Shown in pieces: positions 22,182 through 31,800 of a DNA stretch of 64,000 nt. The stretch's first letter is position 1, and the number at the start of each line of letters is the position of its first letter. Source of the DNA: Pelagomonas calceolata (Eukaryota); NCBI GenBank assembly GCA_918797485.1, contig CAKKNE010000001.1, forward strand, positions 4,588,001 to 4,652,000, written 5' to 3'. The position numbers were made by a program, and so were the translations under genes. The notes below the pieces were generated by a model, which was given only the letters and a program-made list of their open reading frames with translations, made no database searches and was not told the DNA's origin.

Positions 22182-23324
22182 ATGCTGCGCGTCGCGTCCC
22201 GCAGCAGGCTCCTGGCCGGCGGCACATCATCGCTGCGCATCCGCGTACCGCACCGAGGCGTGCTCAGCCAGGCTGCCAACAAGCGCCTCGACGAGCTGGC
22301 CACGCGCCACGAGGAGCTCTCCAAGAAGGTGCAGGCGGGACACGACGCGAACGCGATGCGCGAGCTGCACGGCCTCGACGACGTGCTCGAGCGGCGCCGC
22401 GCGCTCGCCGCGGCGACGAGCGAGCTCGACGATTTGCGAGAACTCCTCGACGACGTCGACGCCGACATCCGCGCCGAGGCGGAGCGGGAGCTGGACAAGG
22501 TGAAGGCGACCGTAGAGACGCTCGAAGCGGCCCTCAAGGCCAAGCTCGCGCCGGGCGACGCGACGGACGCGGCGGCGTCGTGCCTCGTGGAGATCCGCGC
22601 GGCCGCCGGCGGCGACGAGGCCTCGGTCTTCGCCAAGGACCTGTTGGGCATGTACGAGAAGTACTGCCAAGCGAAAGGCTGGCGCTTCGCGGCGCACGAC
22701 GTCAGGAGGACGGAGTTCGGCGGCGTCGCGAGCGCCATGGCTGAGGTGACGGGAGAGGGCTGCTACGCGGCCTTGCGCTTCGAGAGCGGCGTCCACCGCG
22801 TCCAGCGCGTGCCGACGAACGACGTTAGGATTCACACGTCGACGGCGTCGGTCGTCGTCCTACCCGGTGTCGACCAGATCGAGTTCACGCTAGATGAAAA
22901 CGACGTGCGCATCGACACGTTCCGCGCGTCCGGCGCCGGCGGCCAGCACGTCAACACGACGAACTCCGCCGTGCGCGCGACGCACCTCCCCACGAACACC
23001 GTGGTCTCGATCCAGGACGAGCGGAGCCAGCACCGCAACAAGGCCAAGGCGCTGGAGCTGTTGGCGCGGCGCGTCGGCGGCGCGCTCGCGCAGCGCCGGG
23101 CGGCCGAGGAGTCGGCGCAACGACTCTCGTTGCGCGGCTCGGGCGACCGGAGCGAGCGCATCCGGACATATAACGCTCCGCACGATCGGGTCACCGATCA
23201 CCGCTGCCAAGTGACGAGTCCCGGCGTGCCGCGCGTGCTCGGCGGTGAGATCGAGGTGTTCGTCGACGCGCTGATCCAGCTCGACGCCGACGAGCGCGTC
23301 GCCGCGTTCGAGGCGTCGTCTTAG
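22182..23324 (+). CDS. Organellar (probably mitochondrial) class I peptide chain release factor RF1
   Basis: EIRAAAGGDEA, ESGVHRVQRVPT, GAGGQHVN (GGQ motif), GDRSERIRTYN; N-terminal presequence. Confidence 0.92.
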   Translation: MLRVASRSRLLAGGTSSLRIRVPHRGVLSQAANKRLDELATRHEELSKKVQAGHDANAMRELHGLDDVLERRRALAAATSELDDLRELLDDVDADIRAEAERELDKVKATVETLEAALKAKLAPGDATDAAASCLVEIRAAAGGDEASVFAKDLLGMYEKYCQAKGWRFAAHDVRRTEFGGVASAMAEVTGEGCYAALRFESGVHRVQRVPTNDVRIHTSTASVVVLPGVDQIEFTLDENDVRIDTFRASGAGGQHVNTTNSAVRATHLPTNTVVSIQDERSQHRNKAKALELLARRVGGALAQRRAAEESAQRLSLRGSGDRSERIRTYNAPHDRVTDHRCQVTSPGVPRVLGGEIEVFVDALIQLDADERVAAFEASS

Positions 23325-23366
23325 GTTCGCCCGCGCGCGACTGTTGTGTGTAATGTCCTAGTGTAC

Positions 23367-24197
23367 TTAGCGCCTCGGCAGCACGTGCACGTGCGCGTGG
23401 GGCACGCTCTGGCCCGCGGCGATTCCGTCCTGCACGGCCACGTTCGCGCCCGTCGCGCCGTACTCCTCCGTGATCATCGCGTGGACCCGCCGCGCGGCGC
23501 GCCAGAGGTCTCTATGCAACTCCTCGTCCATCTCGCCGAGCGTCGGCACGACGGCCTTGGGCACGACAAGCACGTGGCCCTCGACCAGCGGCTTGAGGTT
23601 GACGAGGGCCCGGCAGGTCCCGGACTCGAAGAAGACCTGCGACGCGTCGACCGCGAACGGGCCGAACGTCACGTCGGCGGGCTCCGGGAACGGCTCGCCC
23701 CGCCGCCGGTAGCGCGCCGCCTCCGCGGCCATGTCCTCGGCGCTCCGCGGTTTGCGCGCGGCGTCGTCGGGCACGTCGAGCGTCACCGGCGCGCCGCACG
23801 CGTCGAGCGGCGTCCAGCCGTCGATGAGGCCGTAGATCTCGTCGTTGTTCGCGAGGTCGCCCTTCACGCGCGGCACGACGTGCGCGTGGACGTGGGCCAC
23901 GGGCTGGCCCGCGGACGTTCCGTCCTTGAGGGCCACGTTGAAGGCGTCCGCCGCTGGTGTGAGTTGCTGCGCGCGCCGGATCGCTACCGCTAAATCATCA
24001 CCCTCCTCCTCCGTGAGGTCGGCGTAGCGCTCGACGGGCCGCTTCGGCGCCACGACGACGTGGCCCGGCAGCACGGGCCGCAGGTCCCGGACGACGACGG
24101 ATAGCGGCGTCTCGAGCGCGATTTGCGCCGGCCGCAGCGCGACGGGGCCCAGGCGAAGCGCGTGTGACGCGGCGGCCATCGTCGCCAGGCGGCGCAT
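23367..24197 (-). CDS. FHIT-like HIT hydrolase with two tandem HIT domains
   Basis: Two copies of (R/K)P(V/L)xxGHVxVxPK and the triads HVHAHVVPR and HAHVHVLPR. Likely start MRRLATM at 24197. Confidence 0.85.
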   Translation of the reverse strand: MRRLATMAAASHALRLGPVALRPAQIALETPLSVVVRDLRPVLPGHVVVAPKRPVERYADLTEEEGDDLAVAIRRAQQLTPAADAFNVALKDGTSAGQPVAHVHAHVVPRVKGDLANNDEIYGLIDGWTPLDACGAPVTLDVPDDAARKPRSAEDMAAEAARYRRRGEPFPEPADVTFGPFAVDASQVFFESGTCRALVNLKPLVEGHVLVVPKAVVPTLGEMDEELHRDLWRAARRVHAMITEEYGATGANVAVQDGIAAGQSVPHAHVHVLPRR

Positions 24198-24813
24198 CAA
24201 ATTTTCTTCGTCCTGCGCTTTTTGCAGCAGTGCGGCTCTCGCCGCGACTACGTCTCGCTGCGACGACGTATCGCTGCGACGACGTATCGCTGCGACGCGT
24301 ATGGCCTTTTGTTGCAGTGCAGTGCGCACTCCGTCGGAGACCTCCGCAGCTTTTTCAGCTTTTTCCTGCCAGATCGCTTGATGCGTAATCTGTAGATTTT
24401 CTCGAGAGTCCAAGCACCACCGAACGAGCCTGTTGTGTGTGCAGCTAATGCAAAGACCAGGGCATCTCTCCAAAAGCCTCTCAAGTCGCATCGATGCCGA
24501 GCTCAGCGTAGGGGCAGTCCGGACGATTCCTCCAGACGAATGCACCGGTCCGCGAAGGTCCAAAGCCTTGGAGGGCCAAAAACCCGCCAGGAGGCGCATC
24601 TTACCCATCTTACGTCGTTCGACAACTGAGCGCACGGGTGATACGACGTGGGAACGGTCGACGGCGGTCCCGTCGCGCGGCGCGTGCTGCTGCTGCCTCT
24701 GTCCTGCCAAAGTAGCGGCGCTCAGCCGCCGCAGCCGCGCCAGGGAGCGAAGAAAACAAGGCGCCGAGCCTCTGCCGCCTCCCGCGCGACCCACCGAACG
24801 ACTCAGAGGACGA

Positions 24814-24939
24814 GCGACGCCGCGGCGCCGCTGGCTAAGGCCCTCCAAAGGAAGCAGCCGCTTTGCCAGCTTAGCGACGCGAGCGCCCGACAGAAACGAT
24901 GGGCGACGCCGCCGCGCCGCTGGCCGAGGCCCTCCAAAG
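24814..24939. repeat. Imperfect ~37-bp direct repeat, 89-bp period, between divergent genes
   Basis: GCGACGCCGCGGCGCCGCTGGCTAAGGCCCTCCAAAG at 24814 vs GCGACGCCGCCGCGCCGCTGGCCGAGGCCCTCCAAAG at 24903. Confidence 0.7.
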
Positions 24940-26323
24940 CGCAGCGGCCTGGGCCGGCCAAGCGACGACGAACCTGGGCCGCCCGCCGACGAGCCCCTGC
25001 TGGTCCCTCGTCGTGCCGACCGTCGCCGTCGCCACGACGATCCTGCTGAAGGAGGACCGGCCGCGAAAAGCAGCCGAGCAGCGGCCGGTCCCGGGCGCGA
25101 CGTTTTATGACGCGATGCGCCTCCGGTCGGCCGTCTCATTTATTCTCGAGTTAATGTGCTGCATGCTAGCCTACGCTGTATCCTATCTGAGACGACCAAA
25201 AACCGAGAAGGACGTCGTCGCGATCTACTGCGGCTTCGGCTTCATCCCCGGCGAAAAGAATGGGTGGGACGGCAATGCCCTAAAGCGGGGCGCGGGCGGC
25301 TCGGAGCAGTGCGCCATCCGGTTAGCAAGGGGCCTCGTGCACCGGGGCCGGCGCGTCACCGTCTACTCCGGACGGATGAAGCGCTCAATTAATATCGAGG
25401 GCGTCACGTACGCGCCGGCGGCGAGCTTCGACGTGCGCGGCACGTATAACGCCGTCGTCGTCTGGCGCGTGCCCCAGATTTTACTGGTCCAGGCCTGGCT
25501 CGGGCGGTCGCTGGACACGAAAGCTCTCAGTTTTTGGATCCACGACGGCTCGTATCTAGCCATGCTCCACGCCGCCGGTTCTACTTTCCGCGCGCAGATA
25601 CGACGGGCCGTGCGCGTCGCCGACGCCGTCGTGTATCCGAGCCGCGAGATGCGCGTCGCGCAGTTCGGCGCGCTCTTTCCGTCTTCTGATTTTCATGATG
25701 GCGGCCGCGACGTCCTCTCAAAAGCGATGGTCGTGCCGCACGGCGTACCGCGCTACTTCGATGACGTCGACGATGTCGAAAGGCGGGACGGCTGGCTGCT
25801 CTGGCCGGTGTCGCCCGAGCGCGGCCTCGCCGAATTATTGAGGATGCTGCCGGCCTTGCGACGCGCCGTGAAATCAAGGGGAGGCGACTTCCGGGTGGTC
25901 GTGTGCCACCTGCGGGGCGGCTACCACGAAAACACAAAACTGGAGCTGCCGGACGACGTCGTCTTCGCGGGGATGCTACCACCAAAACGGCTCGCGGCGA
26001 TGCTGCGGAGCTGCGCGCTCTTCGTGTTTCCGTCGGCCGTGCCCGAGGCTTTTAGCCTGGCGACGTGGGAGTGCGCGCTGCACGGCGTGATTCCCGTCGT
26101 CTACGGCCTCGGCGCGCTCGCGGCGCTCGGGCGCGTCGGCTGCCCCTGCGTCGCGCCCGGCGACGCGGCGGCGCTCGAGGCCGCGGCCGTCGAACTGCTG
26201 GCGGCGCCGGACGCGGCGGCGGCGCGGCGGCGGGACGTCGTCGCCCGCGCGCGCGCGGCCGCGCGGGACTGGGCCGGGACGGCGCGCTTCTGGGAGGCCA
26301 CGGCCCTGCGGGCGCCGTCCTAA
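24899..26323 (+). CDS. GT-B fold glycosyltransferase (GT4-like); start uncertain
   Basis: GAGGSEQ N-terminal loop; SPERGL; FVFPSAVPEAFSLATWECALHG (E-x7-E motif). Confidence 0.8.
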   Translation: MGDAAAPLAEALQSAAAWAGQATTNLGRPPTSPCWSLVVPTVAVATTILLKEDRPRKAAEQRPVPGATFYDAMRLRSAVSFILELMCCMLAYAVSYLRRPKTEKDVVAIYCGFGFIPGEKNGWDGNALKRGAGGSEQCAIRLARGLVHRGRRVTVYSGRMKRSINIEGVTYAPAASFDVRGTYNAVVVWRVPQILLVQAWLGRSLDTKALSFWIHDGSYLAMLHAAGSTFRAQIRRAVRVADAVVYPSREMRVAQFGALFPSSDFHDGGRDVLSKAMVVPHGVPRYFDDVDDVERRDGWLLWPVSPERGLAELLRMLPALRRAVKSRGGDFRVVVCHLRGGYHENTKLELPDDVVFAGMLPPKRLAAMLRSCALFVFPSAVPEAFSLATWECALHGVIPVVYGLGALAALGRVGCPCVAPGDAAALEAAAVELLAAPDAAAARRRDVVARARAAARDWAGTARFWEATALRAPS

Positions 26324-26706
26324 GTTTTGCTTATTCATTCTCTCCCGCTGGCAGCAGCGCCCTGTCGAGTACAGACCACGACTCCTCCGCCGGCGCGCCG
26401 AGAAATTAGGGTATTAATTAAACCCGCAGCCCCCGCGGCGGTCGTGACTTCGGTCGTGGCGGCTAGGCGGCCTAGCTCTAAGCAAAGCAACCCGAATTTA
26501 CGGCGCAAAGGACCTAGACGTGTCAGCGACTCGGGAGGCGTGGTCTAAACGCGACAGGGCAGCGCCTAGAGGCAAGCACATATGTACATTACTCGCGCGT
26601 CGCGGCGGGATGGTTCGCCGTCGGAGGCGCGGGCGCGGTCAGTTGAGGTACGTGTTGAGGTGAAGCGGGCGGTCGGATGGAATGAAATGAGACGGAGGAG
26701 GGGGCG

Positions 26707-27279
26707 TCAGAGGAAGCGTAGGCCCGCGTCGTCGCGCGTTACGCGGAGCCGGAGCGTCGACTCGGGCTGGATGTGGTACTCGCGGAGCTCCATGTGGTCC
26801 TGGAGGTCCGTACTACCGTGCATGAGGCGCTGCTTGCGGGCCGACACCGCGCCCTTGGAGTGCAGCTTCTTCTTCACGTCGAGGACCGTGTCCGTGGGCG
26901 CGACGTCGAGCAGCGTGATGACGCCGCTCTTGGTGGAGACGTAGAGCTGCATGTGCTCCGCCATGAGCTCGACGTTCTCCTTGGACGGCACGCGGTAGAG
27001 CCGCGTCGGCGGGCGCAGCTCGTCCTCGCTGGCGCGCTGGCCGATGCTCAGGAGCCGCGACTGGATCTCGCTGTCGGGCAGCAGGAGCGCGTCGTCGCTG
27101 GCGTGGCTCGACGCGAGGCCGCTGTCGCTCGCCTGGGCCGACGACCGACGGCTCGACGGCTCGTCGCTCGGGAGCGAGTAGACGACGCCCTTGTCGCTGC
27201 CGACGAGCTGCCCGGGCACCCAGGGCTCGGGCGTCGGCGGCGCGGCGTCGTCCTCCGGCGCCGAGCTGCTGCAGCCCAT
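26707..27279 (-). CDS. N-acylated (MGCSSS) protein with a C-terminal ubiquitin-like domain
   Basis: MQLYVSTKSG...TDTVLDVKKKL...QRLMHGSTDLQD...YHIQPESTLRL is ubiquitin-like and lacks the GG terminus. MGC myristoylation/palmitoylation motif. Confidence 0.8.
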   Translation of the reverse strand: MGCSSSAPEDDAAPPTPEPWVPGQLVGSDKGVVYSLPSDEPSSRRSSAQASDSGLASSHASDDALLLPDSEIQSRLLSIGQRASEDELRPPTRLYRVPSKENVELMAEHMQLYVSTKSGVITLLDVAPTDTVLDVKKKLHSKGAVSARKQRLMHGSTDLQDHMELREYHIQPESTLRLRVTRDDAGLRFL

Positions 27280-27294
27280 CGCGCGCGATGCCGG

Positions 27295-27412
27295 CGCCGC
27301 GCCCGCCGCCCGCGCGGGTTCTCTTGCGATGCCGCGCGCCGCCCGCGCGGGAGTCTCTTGCGATGCCGCGCCCGCCGCCCGCGCGGGAGTCTCTTGCGAT
27401 GCGCCGCCCGCG
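27295..27412. repeat. Tandem repeat, about 3 copies of a 33-36 bp unit, upstream of the ubiquitin-like gene
   Basis: Recurring CGCCGCCCGCGCGGG(A/T)(G)TCTCTTGCGATGC. Confidence 0.8.
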
Positions 27413-27755
27413 CTACTGCTCCTGCTCTTGCCCGGCTGCAAGGATTGCCTTGCAAGGATTGCAGGACGCGACGCCTGGGTGCCGCACGCCCAAGCGGCTC
27501 CGCGAGCGTCTGCGCGTGGTCCGCGGCGGCAATGGGCAGCAATATCTTGCGCTTGGTCGCCGGCTCGCGCGGTTTAAGCGCCGATCATCATCATTTGATG
27601 GTCGAATTGCGACGAACCTAGCATGCCAGCCGTGAGAGCCGTCAGCCACGTTGAGCTGTGTCGGCGTTTGATCTTGGTTTGGAATGATCCGATGTTCAAA
27701 AACCCGTTTCACTGAGAGCTGCCGGCGCCGGCTGTGGGGAGCCCTGCTGGTCAGG

Positions 27756-28754
27756 ATGAGCACCCCAAAACGCAGACGCGACGAGGACGTCTCCGATGCG
27801 CCGCTTACGCTGCGCGAGGCCGAGACGAGCCTGCGCGGCGCCGCAGGGCTGCGGGAAGCACTCGCACGACACAGCTACGCCGTAGTCGCGCTCGACGCCG
27901 CCGACGCGCTGGCGGTGCGAAACTGCGCAGAGGCTGGTCTCGCCTATTTTAATACACCGGAGGCCACGAAACGCACGCACCGCCACGTCTTCAGCGACGC
28001 GGGCGGCGCCGGGCTCTGCGGCTGGAACAAGCCGCACGCTGCGAAGGAGGTGCTGCGCCTGCGACGCGGCGGGCCGCCGCCTCCGGTCGCCGCCGCCGCC
28101 GCCTTCGGCGTCGTCGAGCGCTGCGCGTGCGCGGCCTGGTGCGCCGTCGCGTCACTCGTTCCGGAGCATGTTGATCTCCAGGCGATGGGCTGTCAAGTCG
28201 GGAGCGGCGGCGGCGGCGCGGTGTCGAGCAGTCCGTTCGATTTGATGTTTTATCCCAACGACGCCGCCGCCGCGCGCGTCCCGAACAGCACGCCGCACGT
28301 CGACAGCCCGGGCCTCGTAACCGTCATCCCGGTCGCGGCGACGCCGGGCCTGCGGGTCCGCAACCGGAGCGGGGTCTGGCGCGACGTCGAGGCGACGGGG
28401 CGGCCTTGTGAAGAGGTCGTCATCCTCGTGGACGCGGCGCTGCAAGCTCTCTCGAAGGGCGCCCTGGAGGCCTGCACGCACGAGGTGGCCAAGGCCGACG
28501 AGCCGCGGCTGTCGCTCGTCTACGAGCTGCGGCCCGCGATGGACATTGGCCGCGCCATCTTGGAGGGAGACTGGCCGCCGGACGAAGAGGACTGCCCGCT
28601 GTTTATGACGGCGCCGCCAAGGGGGGGCGTGTCTGAAAACGCGGCGCTGGCGGGCCTCGCCGCTTTGGTCGACGAGGAAGACGAAGACGACCCGCCAGCA
28701 AAGCGGCGCAGGACGTCCGTCGGCGAGGCGCAGGTGGAGCTGGCGCTGCTGTGA
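27756..28754 (+). CDS. 2-oxoglutarate/Fe(II)-dependent dioxygenase (IPNS-like fold)
   Basis: PHVD (HxD), THEV (distal His) and RLS (RxS) motifs; GL.V...G.W.DV. Confidence 0.8.
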   Translation: MSTPKRRRDEDVSDAPLTLREAETSLRGAAGLREALARHSYAVVALDAADALAVRNCAEAGLAYFNTPEATKRTHRHVFSDAGGAGLCGWNKPHAAKEVLRLRRGGPPPPVAAAAAFGVVERCACAAWCAVASLVPEHVDLQAMGCQVGSGGGGAVSSSPFDLMFYPNDAAAARVPNSTPHVDSPGLVTVIPVAATPGLRVRNRSGVWRDVEATGRPCEEVVILVDAALQALSKGALEACTHEVAKADEPRLSLVYELRPAMDIGRAILEGDWPPDEEDCPLFMTAPPRGGVSENAALAGLAALVDEEDEDDPPAKRRRTSVGEAQVELALL

Positions 28755-28894
28755 ACTCGTCGACCCCGCTGCTCGCGCCTCGCGCAGGGTTGTACGTTTT
28801 CGTAGTGTTGTCGTGTACTTCTAGTAAGATATAATTGCTCGTTAATTCGGACAGGAACTCAGCCTGAGGAGGGAGCGGGGGGGGAAAGGAATTT

Positions 28895-31800
28895 TCACCG
28901 CGCAGGAGTATCGGGGCCGCCGCGTAGCTCGGCTTTGATCGCGGCGAACGTCGGCCGCGCGTCCGGCTCGTGGGCCCAGCACCGTTGCATGAGCGCGACG
29001 AGGTCCGCGGGCGCGTCGCCATCGATCTTCGGGCGGTCCTTCTGAATGCACACCTGCATCATGATTTGCATCTGATTGAGGCCCGACCATGGCGTATCTC
29101 CGGTAAGTACCTCGAAGACGATCATGCCGTAGGCGTACACGTCGCCCTTTTCGGTGAAAATGTTGTGCTGGAGTAATTCGGGCGCCATGTACGCAGGCGT
29201 GCCTTTGGCGTCGCCCCCGGCCGTCGCCTGCGTCGCCGCCGTGGCCAGCGACTCGGATTTGCTCAAACCGAAGTCCGTCACCTTGCAGCGCCGGTCGCCG
29301 TCGAGGAGGATGTTTAACGTCTTGAGGTCGCGATGCTCCACGCCCTTGGAGTAGAGGTACGCCATCCCGAGCGAGATGTCCGATAGCCAGCTCCTCCGCT
29401 GCGCTTCGTCAATACTTGCCGCGTCGTCGGCGTCGAGCGCCTCGCGCAGGTCACCGCCGCCGCAGTACTCGACGACCAAGCCCAGCCAAGTTGTGTCCGT
29501 TGTCACCACCCCATACACGGCGACGATGCGTGGGCTCCTGAGCTTGACCATGATTGCGAGCTCGGTCGAGAAGTCCTTCATCATCTTGTTCCGCTTCGTC
29601 GCCGTGATGCCGACCTGTGTGGAAACCAGTGTGTCGGGTGCACCCAACAATTCTTCACTAAGTCACCTCGCAGCGATGGCGCGGCTTTTTTTTGGCTCGG
29701 TCGAGCGGCGAGGAACCGGCATCGCCACGCCATCGAGCAGGCGGCGCGTCGATGGCGTGGAGGACGACGCGGCGATTCAGCACGAACGCGCCGTGAATTT
29801 TTGATTTCCACACAGATGCCGACGAGACTCATCTTCTTCAGCGCGACCACGTCGCCTTGGTACGAAGCCTTGTGAACGGCGCCCTGCGAGCCCTTCGCGA
29901 TGGGCTTCTCTTCGACCGAGTCCAACTCGATCTCCAGCTCCTCGAGCGCCCTATCTTTATCCTGGCGCGCCAGCGCGCGGCCCCGCAGCTTCGAGTTCTT
30001 CGCCGCCACCATCTCTTTCACTTCGTCGAGCGACTCCTGCTGCTTCGTGTTCTGGTCGATGACGGTGCTCACGTCCGCGGCGATCTGGTCCAGCTTCAGG
30101 CCGAGCGCCGAGAGCTCCTCGCTCTCGACGGCGCTGCCCTTCTGGATGCCGCACATGATCGCCGCCCGCTGCGCCGCCGCCTGGTTGTTCGCGTCGACCG
30201 TCTGCTGGCCCAGCAGCTGGATCAAGCCCTCGATCTTCTCGAACCGCTGCGCCTGGAGCGCGAGCTGTTGGAGGTCCAACGCCGAGCCGAGCTCGTTGCT
30301 GAGCTCGCAGAGCCGCTTGTCGAGGAGACCAAAGCGCCGCGCGTCGAGCGAGCCGGAGCAGAGCTTCTTAAACGCGCCCTTCTTCGAGAACTGCTGGAGA
30401 AACTTGGCCGCCTCGTCGAGCGCCTGGCCGATGGCCGTCACCGTCCGAGCGACGGCCTCGACCTGTCCCGTCGGCAGGCCCTGCGTCGCTTTGACGACGT
30501 CCTGGAGCTTCTGGGCGATCTCCGTTCCGCGCCGCTGCAGCATGGCCGCGGCTTCCTTGTTGAAGCGCACCTGACGCACCGCGAGGCCGAGTTCGGCCAA
30601 CGCGCTCGTGAACGGCATCAGACACATATTGAGCGGCGGCGGCGCGGCCGCGGGGAGCGCCGCCAGAACCCCGGAGAGCGGCCCGAGGATGTCCATCTGC
30701 GACGCCGTGAGCGCGGCGCCGGCCGCGGCGCCGGCCGCGGCGCCGGCCGCGGCGCCACCGAAGGCGAGCTTGTTGCCCGTGGCGGACGCGGCCGCCGGTT
30801 GCGGCGCCGGTTGCCGCACCGGTTGAGGCGCCGGCACCGGCACCTGGAGCTGGGTCCCGGGTCCAGCCCCGGGCGGGACGACGATGTCTATGGGTTGTCC
30901 CGATGGCGTCATAACCCGGAGCGTGGTGCCAGGCGCCGCGCCCGGTGGAATTGTGATGGTCATGGTCTGCTGCTGCGAATAAGGCGCGGCGGGCGCTTTG
31001 TCCGGCTTCGCGGCGGGCGCGACCTTCGTGCCCTCGTCCTTTTTCTTGCACATCATCTTGCGGCAGAGGTAAACGATGCCGCAGAGGCAGCATAATGGTA
31101 ACATGACGCAGACTATGAGGATGAAGGCGATGCAACCGCCGTCGCACTCGTCCTCTTCGTACGCCGTTGGGGACTTGGTCGAGACCGGCTGCGCTGCAAC
31201 GGGCGCAGCCACAGCATCGACAGTCGCCGTCGCGAAAACGCTGGAGACACCCGCGTCGGCCGCGGCGGTCTGAACGGCAGCGTCGAAGACGGTGGCTGTG
31301 GGAACCAATGCAACTGCGGCCGTCGCGTCCGCCATGGTTGCGTAGAGAATTGTGTAGTCGACGACGACGCTGCCGCTCTGGAGACGCCTTCGGCCAGATG
31401 AAAACGTCACGGTAACCCTGTTGGCTTGGACGTCGTACACGTCGGCGACTGCCGACGCGTAGACGCCCGCGTTCGACTCTGCGTCCGCCAGCGAGATGCC
31501 CGCGCAAGTCATCGATCCCTCGAGGGCGCCGTCGGAGTTGGTGGGCAATACTTGCGGCGTTGGCGGGGGCGTCGCGCAGTTGTCCATTTGCACGACGCCG
31601 CAGGACGTCGACGCGCACGGGGTGCCGGGGAACGAGGGATTGACGTCGTCGCCCACGCACCAGCCGAGGTCCTGGTTAAAGGCCGAGGCACCGTTGAACA
31701 TCCCACTCATATCTAAGACGCCATCAACCACCCAACCACTGATGTCCTGGTTGAAGGCCGAGGCGCCGAAGAACATCGCGCTCATATCCGTGACGCTGTC

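Noticed and set aside
24198..25139. 5' extension of the HIT ORF to 590 aa
   Set aside because: It overlaps the divergent glycosyltransferase start and repeats, and its composition does not look coding. ATG 24197 is the more plausible start.
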